NCBI RefSeq assembly: GCF_030028105.1
Contig: NC_092372.1
Coordinates: 64,794,034-64,858,033 of the forward strand
Reading direction: 5' to 3'
Source: Mobula birostris
Taxonomy: Eukaryota
DNA: 64,000 nt
The translations under genes and the position numbers were made by a program. Under the pieces are notes generated by a model. It did no database searches. It worked only from the letters and a program-made list of their open reading frames with translations, and had not been told where the DNA came from. This document shows, in pieces, positions 1-12,988 of this stretch. How positions within the stretch are numbered: the first letter of the stretch is position 1; every line of letters starts with the position of its first letter.

Positions 1-1359
1 GATACAGATGTATCTGGATAGCAGAACTGACAACTGCAGAAATAGGGATGAGTTTTTACATCACAAATTATTTGAGCTAGCATAAACCTACCTTGCTCTT
101 GTGATAGTTTGCCATGCTCATCCCAATACCACCTTATTTTCTTTCTGTTGATCTTCTGTCTTGTTATGTTATCTATATTTCTGATTTCTTATAATAATTT
201 TAGATAATACCTCTTGATAGCTGTGTGACATTAACTAGTATGAATATAAATAACATGAAATTATTGAGTGCAGCATAATTAATACAGATTGATGGCATAA
301 AAACTTTAAATTAAATTATGGATATAAATGAGTTTTGGGTTTTTTCATTGTTATCATTTGCTGATATGCAACTAATCAGGAAGTAATATTCTTTATTCTA
401 AAAAAAACTTCATGATTAGAAACAGCAGACAACACATAGTAAAATCATATTGAATAGTGCTTGTTGATTAAATTAAAATTGAAAATTAGAATTTATTTCA
501 CCTTATCTTTTAAGATACATTAAAGATTATGTTAAAAGCATAAATTATAAAGTTATGATTAAATAATAATATTCTTACTGGCTCTATTGTCCTTCAAAAA
601 GTGTTAATCATTTCTTAGATATCTTCAATGCCAATAATTTTATTTCAGAGCAAAAATTATAACTTTAGCTCAACATGTTATGTTTACAAATTCAATTCCA
701 TTATGATTAATGTCTTTTGTCAGTCTGTGTTGGTACCTGTGGTTTTTTATTTAATATTTTATAAGAAATTGCTTTATTAACATCACAGTTTCATTGTCTT
801 TTTCATGTTTTGGAATGAACTATATAAATTTTGCTCAATAACACTGAAGCATGTCAATGGCTCTGATTACTGGTGCATTTTGATTGTAAGTGACAGCTTC
901 AATTTTTAATAAGATATAGAGGGAATAAATTTCAAAAACAGATGCTTGCTTCTGAGTTGTGTCTTGTGAGACAAACCTTTTTCCATTGCTGTGAAACCAC
1001 GTGGGTGAAATTAGACATTGTTCATGATGAACTGGCCATTTAATATCTTAACCTATATTTTTTAATTTGGAAGTCAATAAAGTACAATGTGCAATGGATA
1101 TAAGTTGGCATAAGACATGCTGCCAAGTTATTAAAATTTATTTTCCACTTTTCTGCAAAGCCAATTTCACCCTTACTTCTACATTTTAATTTTGGAGAAC
1201 AGAAGTCAATAATAGTTCAATTGTTACTCAGTCTTTATGAGCTCCTGGGGAGAAATTAATTAGTTAGGGAAGTCTGAATGAAGAGTGCTTGTCCCACTCT
1301 TGCAATAATACTTGAGACTCCTTCTGAAATCTGGTATTCGTAACCTACATACCACCATG

Positions 1360-1670
1360 ATGCAGATAAAGGCCATTCAGTCTATCAGGCCTATGCAAGC
1401 TCTGAGCAGAACAATCCTCTCAGTCCCATTCCACCACTTATTTCCCTGTAACCCATTCTCCGTCACATGTTCATTAATGGTCATTTTCATTCTCCTATGA
1501 CTGGTGGCAATTTACAATGGCTCATTAATTTATCAACGCATCTTTCGGATGTGCAAGGAAACTAGAGCTTGGTCAGGGAAAGAACATATGGACTTCATAC
1601 AGATGGCACTTGAGGATCAGATATCTTACCCAATATGATGGAATCACTTATTGCAGCACCATAGTGCCAC
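1360..1670 (-). mobile_element. Degenerate HE1/V-type tRNA-derived SINE with CR1-like tail
   Basis: Contains ggcaatttacaatggc...tctttcggatgtgcaaggaaactagagc...acagatggcacttgagg, resembling the reverse strand of the chondrichthyan V-SINE core; related to 52420-52744. Confidence 0.6.
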
Positions 1671-3033
1671 ACACAATGTTTAACATTTGTCTCCTCTCTG
1701 CTAGTGAGTAACTAATATGATCAAAGTTTGGACCAGTGTATTTGCCTCCAGATTATCTCTGGTTCCCCAGCAAATGACACAGTGGGAAAGAAGTGAAAAG
1801 GATGTATAATTGCAGTTATGATAGACTGACAGCTATTGTGCTAGAGAATGTTAGGAAGGGATATCTTGTTTGGAAATGGGGTCAAGTATACCCTTCAAGC
1901 CAAAAATTCAGTTTGTGTAAAAAACCTTAGCCGACTTCATAGATGACCTCCACTCACTTAGATGGACCTAGCAAACCTCCAAAGCTGAGGGTGTCAGCAC
2001 CAAGCAATTTTCAGACATCTGCTGTGAAGTGTTTATTAAATATCTACTATTTTTCTGGTCATTCTTTACAAATTGGTGATTCTCTTCTCCTTGAATCTCA
2101 TTTCACTTTCATAAATTTCCTTTACAGATATAGAAATAAAAATAAATAGTTTATTATTTTTTTAAATATCCTTTTACACTTCCTTGAGTTTTTTTTTCTT
2201 TTTTTTTGATACTCCTTCAGATTCTTCCAGGTATTGTTATTTGTCTAATTTGTATAGGCCTTGTACTTCAATTATAATTGGTGTCAAACCTTTTTTATTT
2301 TAGTTTGGATTCTAAAGCTATCCTTGGCTTTAATGTAGACTTCATCAGAAGCTTCTTAATTCCACTATTGCTCTACAGTTCTGAGAGTGCATTTTCACTT
2401 CTAATTTTACTCAGCTAGTTATTTCAAACATCTCTGAAAATGCCTAATCTAATTTCACAGTTTTATTCAGAATGTTATTATATTGAGTCAGATTTTAAGA
2501 CTTGGCCCTTTCCAATTGAATAGAGTACACTCACTCTTAACTGATCAATGTTATGTTATTCAGAACCTGATCAAGCAACATCCCTGCAGTAATGCATAAT
2601 TCTTTTCCAAATCAGTACAATCATTGTACATTGGAGATTACCTTGTTGTTACTGCCTACATTTTTGTCAGATTCCATTTTTCTTGGTGAGGATGACGATT
2701 GACAGACATTTTTTTAGCTCAGCAGGTTTGCAAGAAATAAGTAAAGCTATCAAAACAATAAAATTCAGATTTTTTTTTTGAAGATTTAAGAGTTTCCTTC
2801 TTTTAAAGATGTTGCTTCAGGAAAGGGATCTATTCACATTTTAAGTATTACCTTCCATTAGTCTGTAGATGTGTAACATCTTCCAAAACAATATTTTTTC
2901 TTCCTTTTCTCACTTAATTTACAGTGATGTGGTACTTGCTAGCAGTGGTGAAAAGCCACACTTGTCACTTCCCTACAAAATGGTCTGCAACTACCTGAGC
3001 AGATCTTCCGCTGGCAAATTCATGGACAAAGTC

Positions 3034-3103
3034 AGCTCCAGAGTGGACAATGAGCTCCAGAGTGGACAATGAGCTCCAGAGTGGACAATGAGCTCCAGAG
3101 TGG
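3034..3103. repeat. Perfect 19-bp tandem repeat (agctccagagtggacaatg) x3.7
   Basis: Identical units start at 3034, 3053 and 3072, plus a partial unit at 3091. Confidence 0.95.
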
Positions 3104-3319
3104 TGCAGGTACTCAGACACCTTGAGACAGGGGCAGAACAATGACTGATGACAGAAATGTGCTGATAGCCAGTTAAGCCATTCTATTCAGAATTCCATGG
3201 TAAAAGCAGTATGTAGCAAGCTCAAGGCAGTGTTCAGACATAGGCTGATAAATAGTGAGTCTGATCATCTGCCCTGACATGCAGTGAATCTGCTGCTAAC
3301 AACCAATGTAATGAAGGAT

Positions 3320-3675
3320 TGTTCCTATCCTGACAGTTCTCTCATCTCACCCCTCCCATCAGGCAGAAGATACAGAAGCATGGAAATGCATACCACCAGG
3401 CTCAAGGACAGCCTCTATCCTGCTGTTATCAGACAAACTCTGAATGGACTTCTTATGTGCTAAAACTGAGCTCTTGTTTTTGCAATCTATCTGTCATGGC
3501 CCAGCATTTTATTGTCTACCTGCTCCGCACTTTGTTTATAAATATTTACGATATCCTTCATTTTGCTTTTCATCTTTTTACTACTTACATATACTTAAGC
3601 ATTGGAATAACCTAACTGGATGGCATGTAAACAAAAGCTTTTTACATGTGATAAGCCAGTAACTAACAGCAATAA
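3320..3675 (+). mobile_element. Old Rex1/Babar-type LINE 3' fragment
   Basis: Translates to a degenerate ..SPLPSGRRYRSMEMHTTRLKDSLYPAVIR.. Rex1 C-terminal motif, followed by 3' UTR. Confidence 0.7.
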
Positions 3676-3839
3676 TACTGAGAGTTAGAATGACTCGTCT
3701 GCCTTTGCAAAGACTTTCCATTATTTACAAGGTATAAGAAGGGGGTTGAATGAATAAATAACTTTGTCTTGGATGGAATTAGAATTCTTGAATGTCACAG
3801 AGCCTTCCCACTTGTAACAGGGTGGGAAGAGGTATAGTC

Positions 3840-4422
3840 TATTTGGCCGTCAGAGTCCGTAGATTGGGAGATTGCTTCACTGCGCACCTACACTCTGTCT
3901 GCCAGAAAATGGGGGATCTCCCATCGGTCACACATTTTAATTCCACTTCCCATTCCCATTCCGATATGTCCATCCATAGCCTCCTCCACTGTCGCGATGA
4001 TGCCACACTTAGGTTGGAGGAACAACACCTCATATTCCGTTTGGGTAGCTTTCAGCCTGATGACATGAACATGAATTTCTCAAACTTCCAGTAATGGCCC
4101 CCAGACCACCTCTCCTTCACCATTTCTCATCCCCTTTTCCCTCTCTCACCTCATCTCCTTGCCTGCCCATCGCCTCCCTCTTTTCTTTCTTCCATGGTCT
4201 TCTATCTCTTTCACCAATGAACTTCCCAGCTCTTTACTTCATCCCTTCCCATTCATGTTTCACCTATCACCTTGTGTAGCTGTCTCCCCTCCCCCCACCT
4301 TATAAATCTGCTCCTTAGCTATTTTTCTCCCATCCTGCCAAAGGGTTCAGCCTGAAACATCGACTGTACTCTTTTCCATAGATGCTGCCTGGCTTTCTGA
4401 GTTCCTCCAACATTTTGTGTGA
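3840..4422 (+). mobile_element. Penelope-like element 3' fragment (GIY-YIG endonuclease C-terminus, pyrimidine-rich UTR, decayed hammerhead)
   Basis: ORF 3792..4094 RRLGDCFTAHLHSV...HFNSTSHSHSDM...RLEEQHLIFRLGSFQPDDMN matches the PLE GIY-YIG end; decayed ribozyme catcctgccaaagggttcagcctgaaacatcgactg at ~4331-4366. Confidence 0.85.
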
Positions 4423-4439
4423 AGTTGATTTATCTATTT

Positions 4440-4765
4440 ATCATGCTCAAGATTACTTCATCCACAACCGGAACACTAAGGCTGTAGTGTTTATGATCAA
4501 CAAAATATACTGCAGCAACTTGCCAACAGGAACTCCTGAGCACAAGGGTAGAAGCTATATCGAAACACAACCACTTGGAGTAACCCTCTAAGTCATACCG
4601 TACTTAGTTGGAAGTTTATCACTGGTCCTTCATTATCGTTGGAGGTATAGCCTTGAACTCCAGGAATGTAACTTCACCAGGGAGACCTTAGCAATCCAAG
4701 AAAGTTTCTAAGATCATTTTCTCAATGACATTTGGGAATTTGATGTTGTCCTTGGCAGTGATCAA
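4440..4765 (+). mobile_element. Highly decayed L2/CR1-group LINE 3' end
   Basis: Similar to 47960-48210 (tggaa...atcactg..cattcatt...gaactcc...caagaa..cattttctcaa). Confidence 0.4.
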
Positions 4766-5643
4766 CAGCACAACAGTGGCCAGATATTACCTTGAGCTCA
4801 AATGGCAGTTCAGACTATATCTAGGTTGCTTTTAAATATTAAAATATGGCAAGGGTTTATTTAACAAAAGAGGAAAGGCCATATTTGTAGAAATTCAACT
4901 GTCCATGTCTAAGAGATAATTTGATTGAAATTGGGATTTAGCACATCTTTGAAAATTCCAGTGCACCAGTATCTAGCAGCTCTATTTGTTTCTGCATAAA
5001 TACAGCAACTTCCCGGCCTTAGATTACTTTGAATGCTGATTTCATCAAAGAGAGCTTTTCTAGCTGAGCCTGTAAAATAGTAGGAAAGCAAGATACCTGT
5101 GCTTAACGCAACAAGAACTGACTCTGGAGACTGGTCCAATTTATTCCAGATTAACAGTGAGCCTTTATGACCTCATTATTTTCTTTACAAGATGTTGGTT
5201 AAGAGAATAACAGTGATTTCTCCAAAGTTGTAGTGAGGGAAATATAGTCAATTGGGAAGGAGATGAAAATCACTCTGCATTATGGCGGATTTCAAGGAAG
5301 CTACTGAAGTGAGTTTCACATACATGAGTTATATTTACTATTTTCTCTGGAAGACAGAGGCAGAACTTACTAAAAACAAATTCTTTTTCCATTTATTTGA
5401 ATCAATATTCAGAGCTTTCGAATGTGTATTTGTAATGTAATTTAAAGTAATAATACAGATTAAAGATAAAAAAAATACATAACATAAACAGTGGAAACCA
5501 AACAAAATAAACATTTAATTTCAACCTTCACACACACCACCAAGAAAAATAACTGGGGAGAAGTTAAGAACGATAATTACTTTTTTTCCAGTCTTTCCTA
5601 TTAATTTTCCTTACGAGGATCCTGCCAAACTTTAGTTGACTAG

Positions 5644-6589
5644 TCACAGTCATAGTCATAGTCATACTTTATTAATCCCGGGGGAAATTGGTTTTCGTTA
5701 CAGTTGTTCCATAAATAATAAATAGTAATACAACCATAAATAGTTAAATAGTAATATGTAAATTATGCCAGTAAATTATGAAATAAGTCCAGGACCAGCC
5801 TATTGGCTCAGGGTGTCTGACCCTCCAAGGGAGGAGTTGTAAAGTTTGATGGCCACAGGCAGGAATGACTTCCTATGACGCTCTGTGTTGCATCTCGGTG
5901 GAATGAGTCTCTGGCTGAATGTACTCCTGTGCCCACCCAGCACATTATGTAGTGGATGGGAGACATTGACCAAGATGGCATGCAACTTAGACAGCATCCT
6001 CTTTTCAGACACCACCGTCAGAGAGTCCAGCTCCATCCCCATAACATCACTGACCTTACGAATGAGTTTGTTGATTCTGTTGGTGTCTGCCACCCTCAGC
6101 CTGCTGCCCCAGCACACAACAGCAAACATGATAGCACTGGCCACCACAGACTCATAGAGCATCTTCAGCATCGTCCGGCAGATGTTAAAGGACCTCAGTC
6201 TCCTCAGGAAATAGGGACGGATCTGACCCTTCTTGTAGACAGCCTCAGTGTTCTTTGACCAGTCCAGTTTATTGTCAATTCGTATCCCCAGGTATTTGTA
6301 ATCCTCCACCATGTCCACACTGACCCCCTGGATGGAAACAGGAGTCACCGGTACCTTAGTTCTCCTCAGGTCTACCACCAGCTCCTTAGTCTTTTTCACA
6401 TTAAGCTGCAGATAATTCTGCTCACACCATGTGACAAAGTTTCCTATCGTAGCCCTGTACTCAGCCTCATCTCCCTTGCTGATGCATCCAACTATGGCAG
6501 AGTTATCTGAAAACTTCTGAAGATGACAAGACTCTCTGCTGTAGTTGAAGTCCGAGGTGTAAATGGTGAAGAGAAAGGGAGACAAGACA
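5644..6589 (-). mobile_element. 5'-truncated young Rex1/Babar LINE
   Basis: RT C-terminal ORF, AT-rich 3' UTR, (catagt)n tail at the left end, possible TSD gactag at 5638-5643 and 6590-6595. Confidence 0.92.
5800..6585 (-). pseudogene. Rex1/Babar reverse transcriptase C-terminal part (261 aa open frame)
   Basis: LSPFLFTIYTSD...KFSDN (catalytic xDD changed to DN)...LNVKKTKELVVD...YKYLG...TERHRKSFLPVAIKLYN. Confidence 0.9.
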
Positions 6590-7649
6590 GACTAGGTAAC
6601 GATCTTTGCAAAAAAAAAGCAGAAGAGCATGTGACCTGGGATATCTACATTCGACACATGAGGTAAAATGATTTCTTCCAGTAGTTTTGTTTCAGGTAGG
6701 CTTAACCTCCATTTCTTGTGAATTTTTGTCAGGAGCTAGAATCAATCCTTACATTATTTGTTCATCTAACAAAATTGTAGAGGCAATATTGACAGATGAG
6801 AACCATCGTCCCCACGGTTACCTTTATTTAGAACTCCAGTGAAGTCTGCCAAAGAGCAGATAAATGACAGATAAATAGCTACCCTGAATGGAGGTGCTTG
6901 GCACAGTTATGAGAAACCTAAAGTATTTTGTTGATAACATGAACTGCAGACAGCTGCTATACTGGAGAAACATCTCTATCATCTGTTCTTGTATTTGGTA
7001 ATCTCTTTATACTGAACTTTCAGTTAGCATGTTCAGAAACTTCTACAAGAGCGAATGATGCATAGCAATGAGGCTGATGAAAGTCTCTGCTGTGGCTATG
7101 TCACTCTGATTTCTAATTCTTATGGATCCAGACAAAACAGATTGTTAAAGATTGGAGCCAGCTATCTCCAGGCCCCAGTGAACACATTAACAATGGAAAC
7201 TCTGCCTGAGATTAGGACAGAAGCCAAGGCAGTGGAATGGGGCTGTTCTACTACAGGCTTACCATCACAACTTGCAATACATCAGACAGTTGGGCAGATC
7301 GTTGCTTTCTCCAAAGGTATCCCCAAATGATACACACTGCTTCGTTGAGCCTCAATTGACAGAATGAATGCAATGACTACTGATGCTTGGCTAACAAGCT
7401 ATGTTTATAGAATTGCCTGCAAGGTCTGAACTCCTGCGTTTACCAGCTGCTGACTGTCTGTCCAGCATAATGGAGTTCCTTCAAATCCACAAACTGATTA
7501 TAAAAACTTTGACTTAATTGCAACATCACATAAAATCTTCTTTGATCAGTTCTCACATATTTATATAAAATCCAATAATTTGTGTTCTTAGCTTATTATG
7601 TGGCGAGTATTGCACCTATTCCACTGAACTAGCATTCTTCGAGTATGAA

Positions 7650-7905
7650 TGCACACCAAAACGCACAAAACTTTGAAGGAACTCAGTAAGTCAGACAGCA
7701 TCTATGGAAGGGAATAAGCAGTCAACATTTTGGGTTGTGAGCCTTCATCAGGACTGAAAAGGAAGGGATCAGAAGCCAGGATCATAAGTCAGGATCATGT
7801 TGACCATTTATTTCCCTCCATAATTGCTGTCTGACTTGCTGAGTTCCTCCAGCATTTAGTGTGTGTTGCTCAAGATTTCCAGCACCTTCAGAATTTCTTG
7901 TATTT
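7650..7905. mobile_element. Penelope-derived fold-back element with decayed hammerhead (minus strand, 7719-7756)
   Basis: Inverted arms ~7661-7727 and ~7797-7866; reverse complement of 7719-7756 is cagtcCTGATGAaggctcacaacccAAAATgttgactg. Confidence 0.8.
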
Positions 7906-8129
7906 ATGGGTTCCATGCCAAGATCAGACTCCCATAACTTCAAGGCTCCACTGAAAATTTTAGAACAAATCACTTGTGGGTTCAAGATCTGCTCTAAGTA
8001 TCTAATAACAAAATATAGGCTAACGTTTCAGTTCAGCTCACTGATATTGGCTTATATTCTGTTTGGATAGCCTCAAACCTAATGGTATGAACATCGATTT
8101 CTCAAACATCTGATAATACCCCCCCCCTC

Positions 8130-8420
8130 CATTTGGAGAGCAAACTCATGTCCATTCAGCGGTCTACCCCTCCTCATGCAGCTGATGAATCCAAAGGAAC
8201 AGTGGAGACTAATACAAATTGGCACTAACCGTGTCGCAGGCGTTATTGGTTAGCATTGCACTCAATGTAGGACTGCCTTAGGGACTCCAGCTCCAGACCT
8301 TTCCTCGGAGTTTACTCCCAAAGCCTTCCCCATGAGTGGATATGGCAACAAAGCAGCGGATATTTGAGATCAGAGTTTTCCTTCTTGCCAACCATGGCGG
8401 ATAAGCCCTGTCTACCTGAT
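8130..8420 (-). mobile_element. Fragment of the non-coding repeat at 40845-41400 (probably RTE/BovB-related)
   Basis: Reverse-complement match to ~41040-41300 (gctgatgaatccaaaggaacag, tagggactccag, tttactc, ccatgagtgg). Confidence 0.7.
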
Positions 8421-8704
8421 CCTGTAATTAGGTTAGTGTTTAATAGGTGGCGTGCTGGGTGGTGCGGCACCTTGGGCGGGAAGGGCCTGTCCTACACTGT
8501 GTCTCTGAATAAAATAAACTCTTCTAGGTAGCAGCTGGATAGATGATAGATGAAGGAGAGTGACTGTCTCAGTGTAGGTATGAGGTGTAGAGTGTTTAAG
8601 TGTAAAGTGACAGTGCATAGGAGGAGTAAAGTGTGCTGAGGGGCTGCGGAGAGGAGTGATTGATGTGGATGTGGTGGTGGTGCTGATAATGCTGATTATT
8701 AAGG

Positions 8705-8990
8705 ATTCCACCCACTCTGCTTATGAACTGTTTGTCCCACTCCATTAGGTTAGAGGCTAGACAGCATCAATACAAGGACCAACAGAATCAAAAACAGTTA
8801 TTTTCCCCAAGTCAGTCTGATCAAATTCAATTCACTCCATCACCAGTACATACTGTACACATCAGTCACTCCTCTTCACAGCCCCTCAGCACCGTTCAAC
8901 CCACCCCCCATGAATTATCACTTTATACTTACGCTCCACACCTCATGCCTTCACTGACAGTCAATGTTCTACTGTGCTTTCATGTTGGAT
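8705..8990 (+). mobile_element. Old Rex1-type LINE 3' fragment
   Basis: cacccactc..ctgtttgtcccact..caaggaccaacagaatcaaaaacagttattttcccc corresponds to the HP..LF.PL....RTNRIKNSYFP motif. Confidence 0.5.
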
Positions 8991-10165
8991 GTGGAGGCCC
9001 TATCAGATTTATGCCTTTTGTCCTAATCATCCATTGATCACCCTCCTTGCATTCAAAATTAACATTTCCCTCTCTTTCCCAGTTCTGGCAATGGATCACC
9101 ACCAACCAGAATATATTTCTCCTTCTACTGATGTTGCCTTACTTGTTGAGTGTTCTCATGTCATAGAGAACCATAGAACCACACAACACAGAAACATGTT
9201 CTTCAACCCAAAATGTTCATAAACTTATTAATGCTAGACCCAAGTGAGACCATGGAAAGAATCTGGCCCAGGTGGAGGCCCCAAACACATCCTTACATCC
9301 TGCACAGATCAGCTGATGGGGGGGGGAGAGTGTATTTGCAGATATTTTTAAACTCTCCTTACTCTAATTTGAGGTTCTTACCTGCATTAAGAATATTATT
9401 ATCATTTTGATACCTCAGAAAAAAAATAAGGTAATGCACCTTAATGACTACCACCATGAAGTGCTTTGAAAGGTAGGTCTTGGTACACATGAACTCCAGC
9501 CTCCCAAACAACTTCAACTCCCTGCAACTCACCTATATTGAAAGCGTTCTACGTGGATTCCATCCTCTTGGATATACACTCGTTACAGGAGCACATGGAT
9601 AATAAGGGCACCTAAGTTGGACTATAGTTTATTGATTACAGCTCTGCGTTCAATATTACAATTCCAAGCAAACTCCTCTCCAAGCTCCTTGGCCTTCGAC
9701 TCAACATCTCCCTTTGCAACTGTATCATAGAACATAGAACAGTACAGCAATGGACAGGTCATTTGACACATGATGTTCCGTCAGTCTTGATGCCAATTTA
9801 GTCTAAATATCCTCCTCTATACCATCCATAACACTCCATTCCCTTCATATTCATGTGGCTATCTAAAGTCATCTAAACTTTACCAAACTGCCTTCTTCCA
9901 CAACTCCCCCTAGTAACCCATTCTAGGTTCCTACTACCCTCTGCATAATACAAAATATTTGCCCTCACATTGCCTTTAAACTCCCCCCCACCAACCATAA
10001 AAGAATACCTTCTGGTGTTTGGCATTTCAACACTGGGTTGAATATATGACTGTTCATCCTGTCTATCTTCCTCTTAATTTTAAAATCAGATCTCCCCGCA
10101 GCCTTAATGCTCTAGGGAGAACAACTTCAGTTTGTCAATCTTTCTTTATAGCTCTATCCTCTATT

Positions 10166-10851
10166 GAGAGGAGAAGATGGCGATGCGATGCAGCTCGCAG
10201 CGGCCACTCCGGTGGTGATGTCTTATTTGTCAAGTAGGGTGCCGTGCACAATCCTGATTTGATGGAGACGGATATGAGAGCACAGAGGAATATCTGGTGA
10301 AACTTCTGAAATGCCTGCTTCGCTACTGCTGCTACTGTGTGGTCCAGAATCTCCGGAGGGGAAGGCCCCAAATCCTTGGCTTTGCTTGTTGCTCGGCGGC
10401 CGGGGTGGGGTCGAAGCGCTCGGCAGAGGATGGTGCTCGGACAGGCTGTGTCGAAGGGCTGGTTGGAGACTCGAAGTTTTCAGACGGACTCAGAGTCCAC
10501 TGCGGTCGGGTGCTTCCAATGGTGCTGCATCAGCAAGTTTGCGGCGCTTGGAGGTTCATAGCTGGAAGAGTTCCTCTCTTCTGCCGCCTGCGTGAGACGA
10601 TGAGTCTATCGGGACTTTGAGACTTTTTTTTCCCGTGCCCATGGTCTGCTCTTTATCAAATTATGGTATTGCTTTGCACTGTTGTAACTATATGTTATAA
10701 TTATGTGGTTTTGTCAGTTTTAGTCTTGGTTTGTCCTGTGTTTCTTGTGATATCACTCTGGAGGAACATTATATCATTTTTTAAAGCATGCATTTCTAAA
10801 TGACAACAAATGAGGACTGAGTGTCCTCATAATCTAATCTAATCTAATCTA
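10166..10851 (+). mobile_element. Non-coding ~690-bp retroelement (AAGATGGCG head, 3' hairpin, (TAATC)n tail), copy 1
   Basis: 10-bp TSD atcctctatt at 10156-10165 and 10852-10861; hairpin atgaggac-tgagt-gtcctcat at 10810-10830; three further copies in the window. Confidence 0.9.
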
Positions 10852-11137
10852 ATCCTCTATTCCAGACACCCCAGTAAGCATCTCCTGAACCCTATCCAGT
10901 CGCCAGGGGCAATCAGAAACACACACAGTACTACAAGTATGGTCTGACTGCACTTTTATATAGCGACAGCCTGACTTCCTCAGTCTTACACTCATCATGC
11001 CAATTAAATCAGGCATTTTTTATGTTTTCTTTACTACCTTATCCATACATAGCCACTTTCAGTGAACTATGGACCTGAATCTCAAGATCCTTCTGTATAT
11101 CGGTGCTATTAAGGAGCCTATCATTAACTGTCAACTG

Positions 11138-11270
11138 AACACAAAAGATTCTACAGTTGCTGGAAATCTTGAGCAACACGCAAAATGCTGGAGAAACTCA
11201 GCAAGTCGGTCAGTATCTAGGGAGGGGAATAAATAGTTGACTTTCTGGGCTGAGATATTTAACAGTACTC
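11138..11270 (-). mobile_element. Single arm of the Penelope-derived fold-back family
   Basis: acacaaaagattctacagttgctggaaatcttgagcaacacgcaaaatgctggagaaactcagc matches the arms at 55165 and 58621. Confidence 0.75.
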
Positions 11271-12064
11271 ATATAAATGTATACTTTCTATTTTCATTTG
11301 ACCTCCCACAATGTAATACATCACACTTTACTGGATTAAACTCCATCTGCCACTGCACTGCCCATATCTTTAATTGATCTATATCTGTTGACTTCCTGAC
11401 TAACAGATCACAATCAGTGAGTTTCGGCAGCAACACTTCTACAATTACCCACATCACTGGTGCCCCATAAGATTGTGTCCTCAGTCCCCTACTCTACTCC
11501 ATATACACTCACTGCTGATAAATAGCCAGATTTTGCTCTAAATCCATGTACAAGTTTGCAGATGACTCGACCAAATCTCAAATAACAATGAATTACTGTA
11601 CAGGATTGAGATAGAGAGCTTAGTGGCATGGTGCCATGACAATTTTCCCTACAGTCCAGCACAACAAAGAGCTGATCATTGACATTAAGGAGGGGGACTA
11701 TACGCACTCCTGTTTATGTCACCATTGCCGAGCTTCAAGTTCCTAGGAGAGCACATCACCAATAGCCTGTCCTGATCTAACCATGTAGCCACCATGGTTA
11801 ACAAATTTCACCAGTGCCTCTACTTCTTCAGGAGGATGAAGAAATTTAACATGCACTCTTTGACTTCCACCATTTTTAATCAATACATCATAGTAAGCAC
11901 CCCATCTGGATGCATCATGTCTTGAATTGTGTGGAAGAAAATTAAAACAAAATTAAATTTTGTTGTCATGCTCAGCAAGACAAGTATTGCTCAAGACTTG
12001 GGTCATGAGGGTGACAGGATAAGATGCAGAAGCAGCCTTGCTAATGGGAGCTAAAAATGGCTAG

Positions 12065-12988
12065 CACTAGGTCATGCCAGTGAAGAGGTATTGTTAATCT
12101 TTGTCCAAGACTGTCTGGCTAATAGAGGAACTGACTGTAGACACGTAATTCTAATTTTATGTATCGCATGGGAACATTGGTAGACTTGCTGATACCTAAG
12201 AAGTGCTTCTTGAAGTTGCTGACGAAGTATGTGTGACTGTCGGATATTACCCAAAATTTACTGTATAAATTTAAGATGTAACCTGACATTGGTGGAGTCA
12301 TAAGACAATGGCTTCCTGTGGTCATTTATTAAAGGGTTAATCTTATACTGAGGTCTCTGTCTCAATTTCTGTTTGTAATTGCATAACAGAGCTGGTGCAT
12401 TGCAATAGTTCAACTGGGTTAAAAATGATTTGTTGATCATTTTTCTTTTTAGTCAATGTCTGAGCCTTCTTACTTAAGTGTCATCAGCCAGCTTTGATAG
12501 ATTTCAGTTGCCCTGATATCGTTTCTCCATGACCGCAATATTCTGGTGAATCCTTTCACCATGTTCATCACTGACAGTGCCAAGACTTGCAGAGATGTCT
12601 AAATAGGAATGCAGAAAATTAATCTTCAGTGAAACGTTGCACTTCATGGTTTTGTATGCTTGATGCATACAAATGATGTCAACCAATTGCACATAGTGCC
12701 AAGAAAATTTTCAACCACATCCTTGAATGCCTTCCATGCAGTTTACTCTGGTCCCAATAGAAGTTCTTCAAGTTGCCTGCCATTGATGACCCGTTTGATT
12801 TGTGGACCAACAAAAATGCCCTCGTTGATCTTGGCATCAATTATTCTGACTTGAATTATGAATTGAAATAACGAATATAGGTGATATAAAAATGATGGAA
12901 CTTTCATGGTGATTTCCATGATGAGCAGCACAAAATCCATAAGATACACCCTAAGGTATTCAGGATGCAAAATCTTTGTTGTCCAGTG
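12065..12988 (-). mobile_element. Internally deleted CMC/Chapaev3-like DNA transposon
   Basis: Transposase C-terminal motifs DAKINEGIFVGPQIK and CNVSLKINFLHSYLD..LGTVSDEHGERIHQNIAVMEKRYQGN; termini CACTAGG (12065) and CCAGTG (12988), flanked by tag and taa. Confidence 0.75.

Larger units (their letters stand above)
9727..11385 (-). mobile_element. Old CR1 LINE 3' region, itself interrupted at 10166-10851 and 11138-11270
   Basis: (atagaac)n tail at 9727; ORF 11269..11457 ..DQLKIWAVQWQMEFNPVKCDVLHCGRSN is a CR1 ORF2 motif. Confidence 0.8.
9240..11930 (+). mobile_element. Old Rex1/Babar RT remnant split by nested insertions (pieces 9240-9726 and ~11388-11930)
   Basis: SCTDQL..VFADIF..LNDY..MKCFER..FIDYSSAFN..LCNCI, then DFLTNRSQSV..GAP*DCVLSPLLYS..YKFADD; the reading continues across the insertion. 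Confidence 0.8.

Noticed and set aside
3034-3103. CRISPR-like array
   Set aside because: Units are directly adjacent with no spacers, and the context is eukaryotic
5885-6258. Plus-strand ORFs also seen at 20057..20652 (-)
   Set aside because: Antisense shadows of the Rex1 RT frame
10135-10620. Overlapping ORFs in the AAGATGGCG element
   Set aside because: Frames are not conserved among the four copies; GC-rich non-coding repeat
12072-12325. Exon-like ORFs (ILRQQLQEALLRYQQ; KFWVISDSHTYFVSNFKKHF)
   Set aside because: They lie inside the CACT-bounded Chapaev-like element, and no consistent splice-site and frame combination was found
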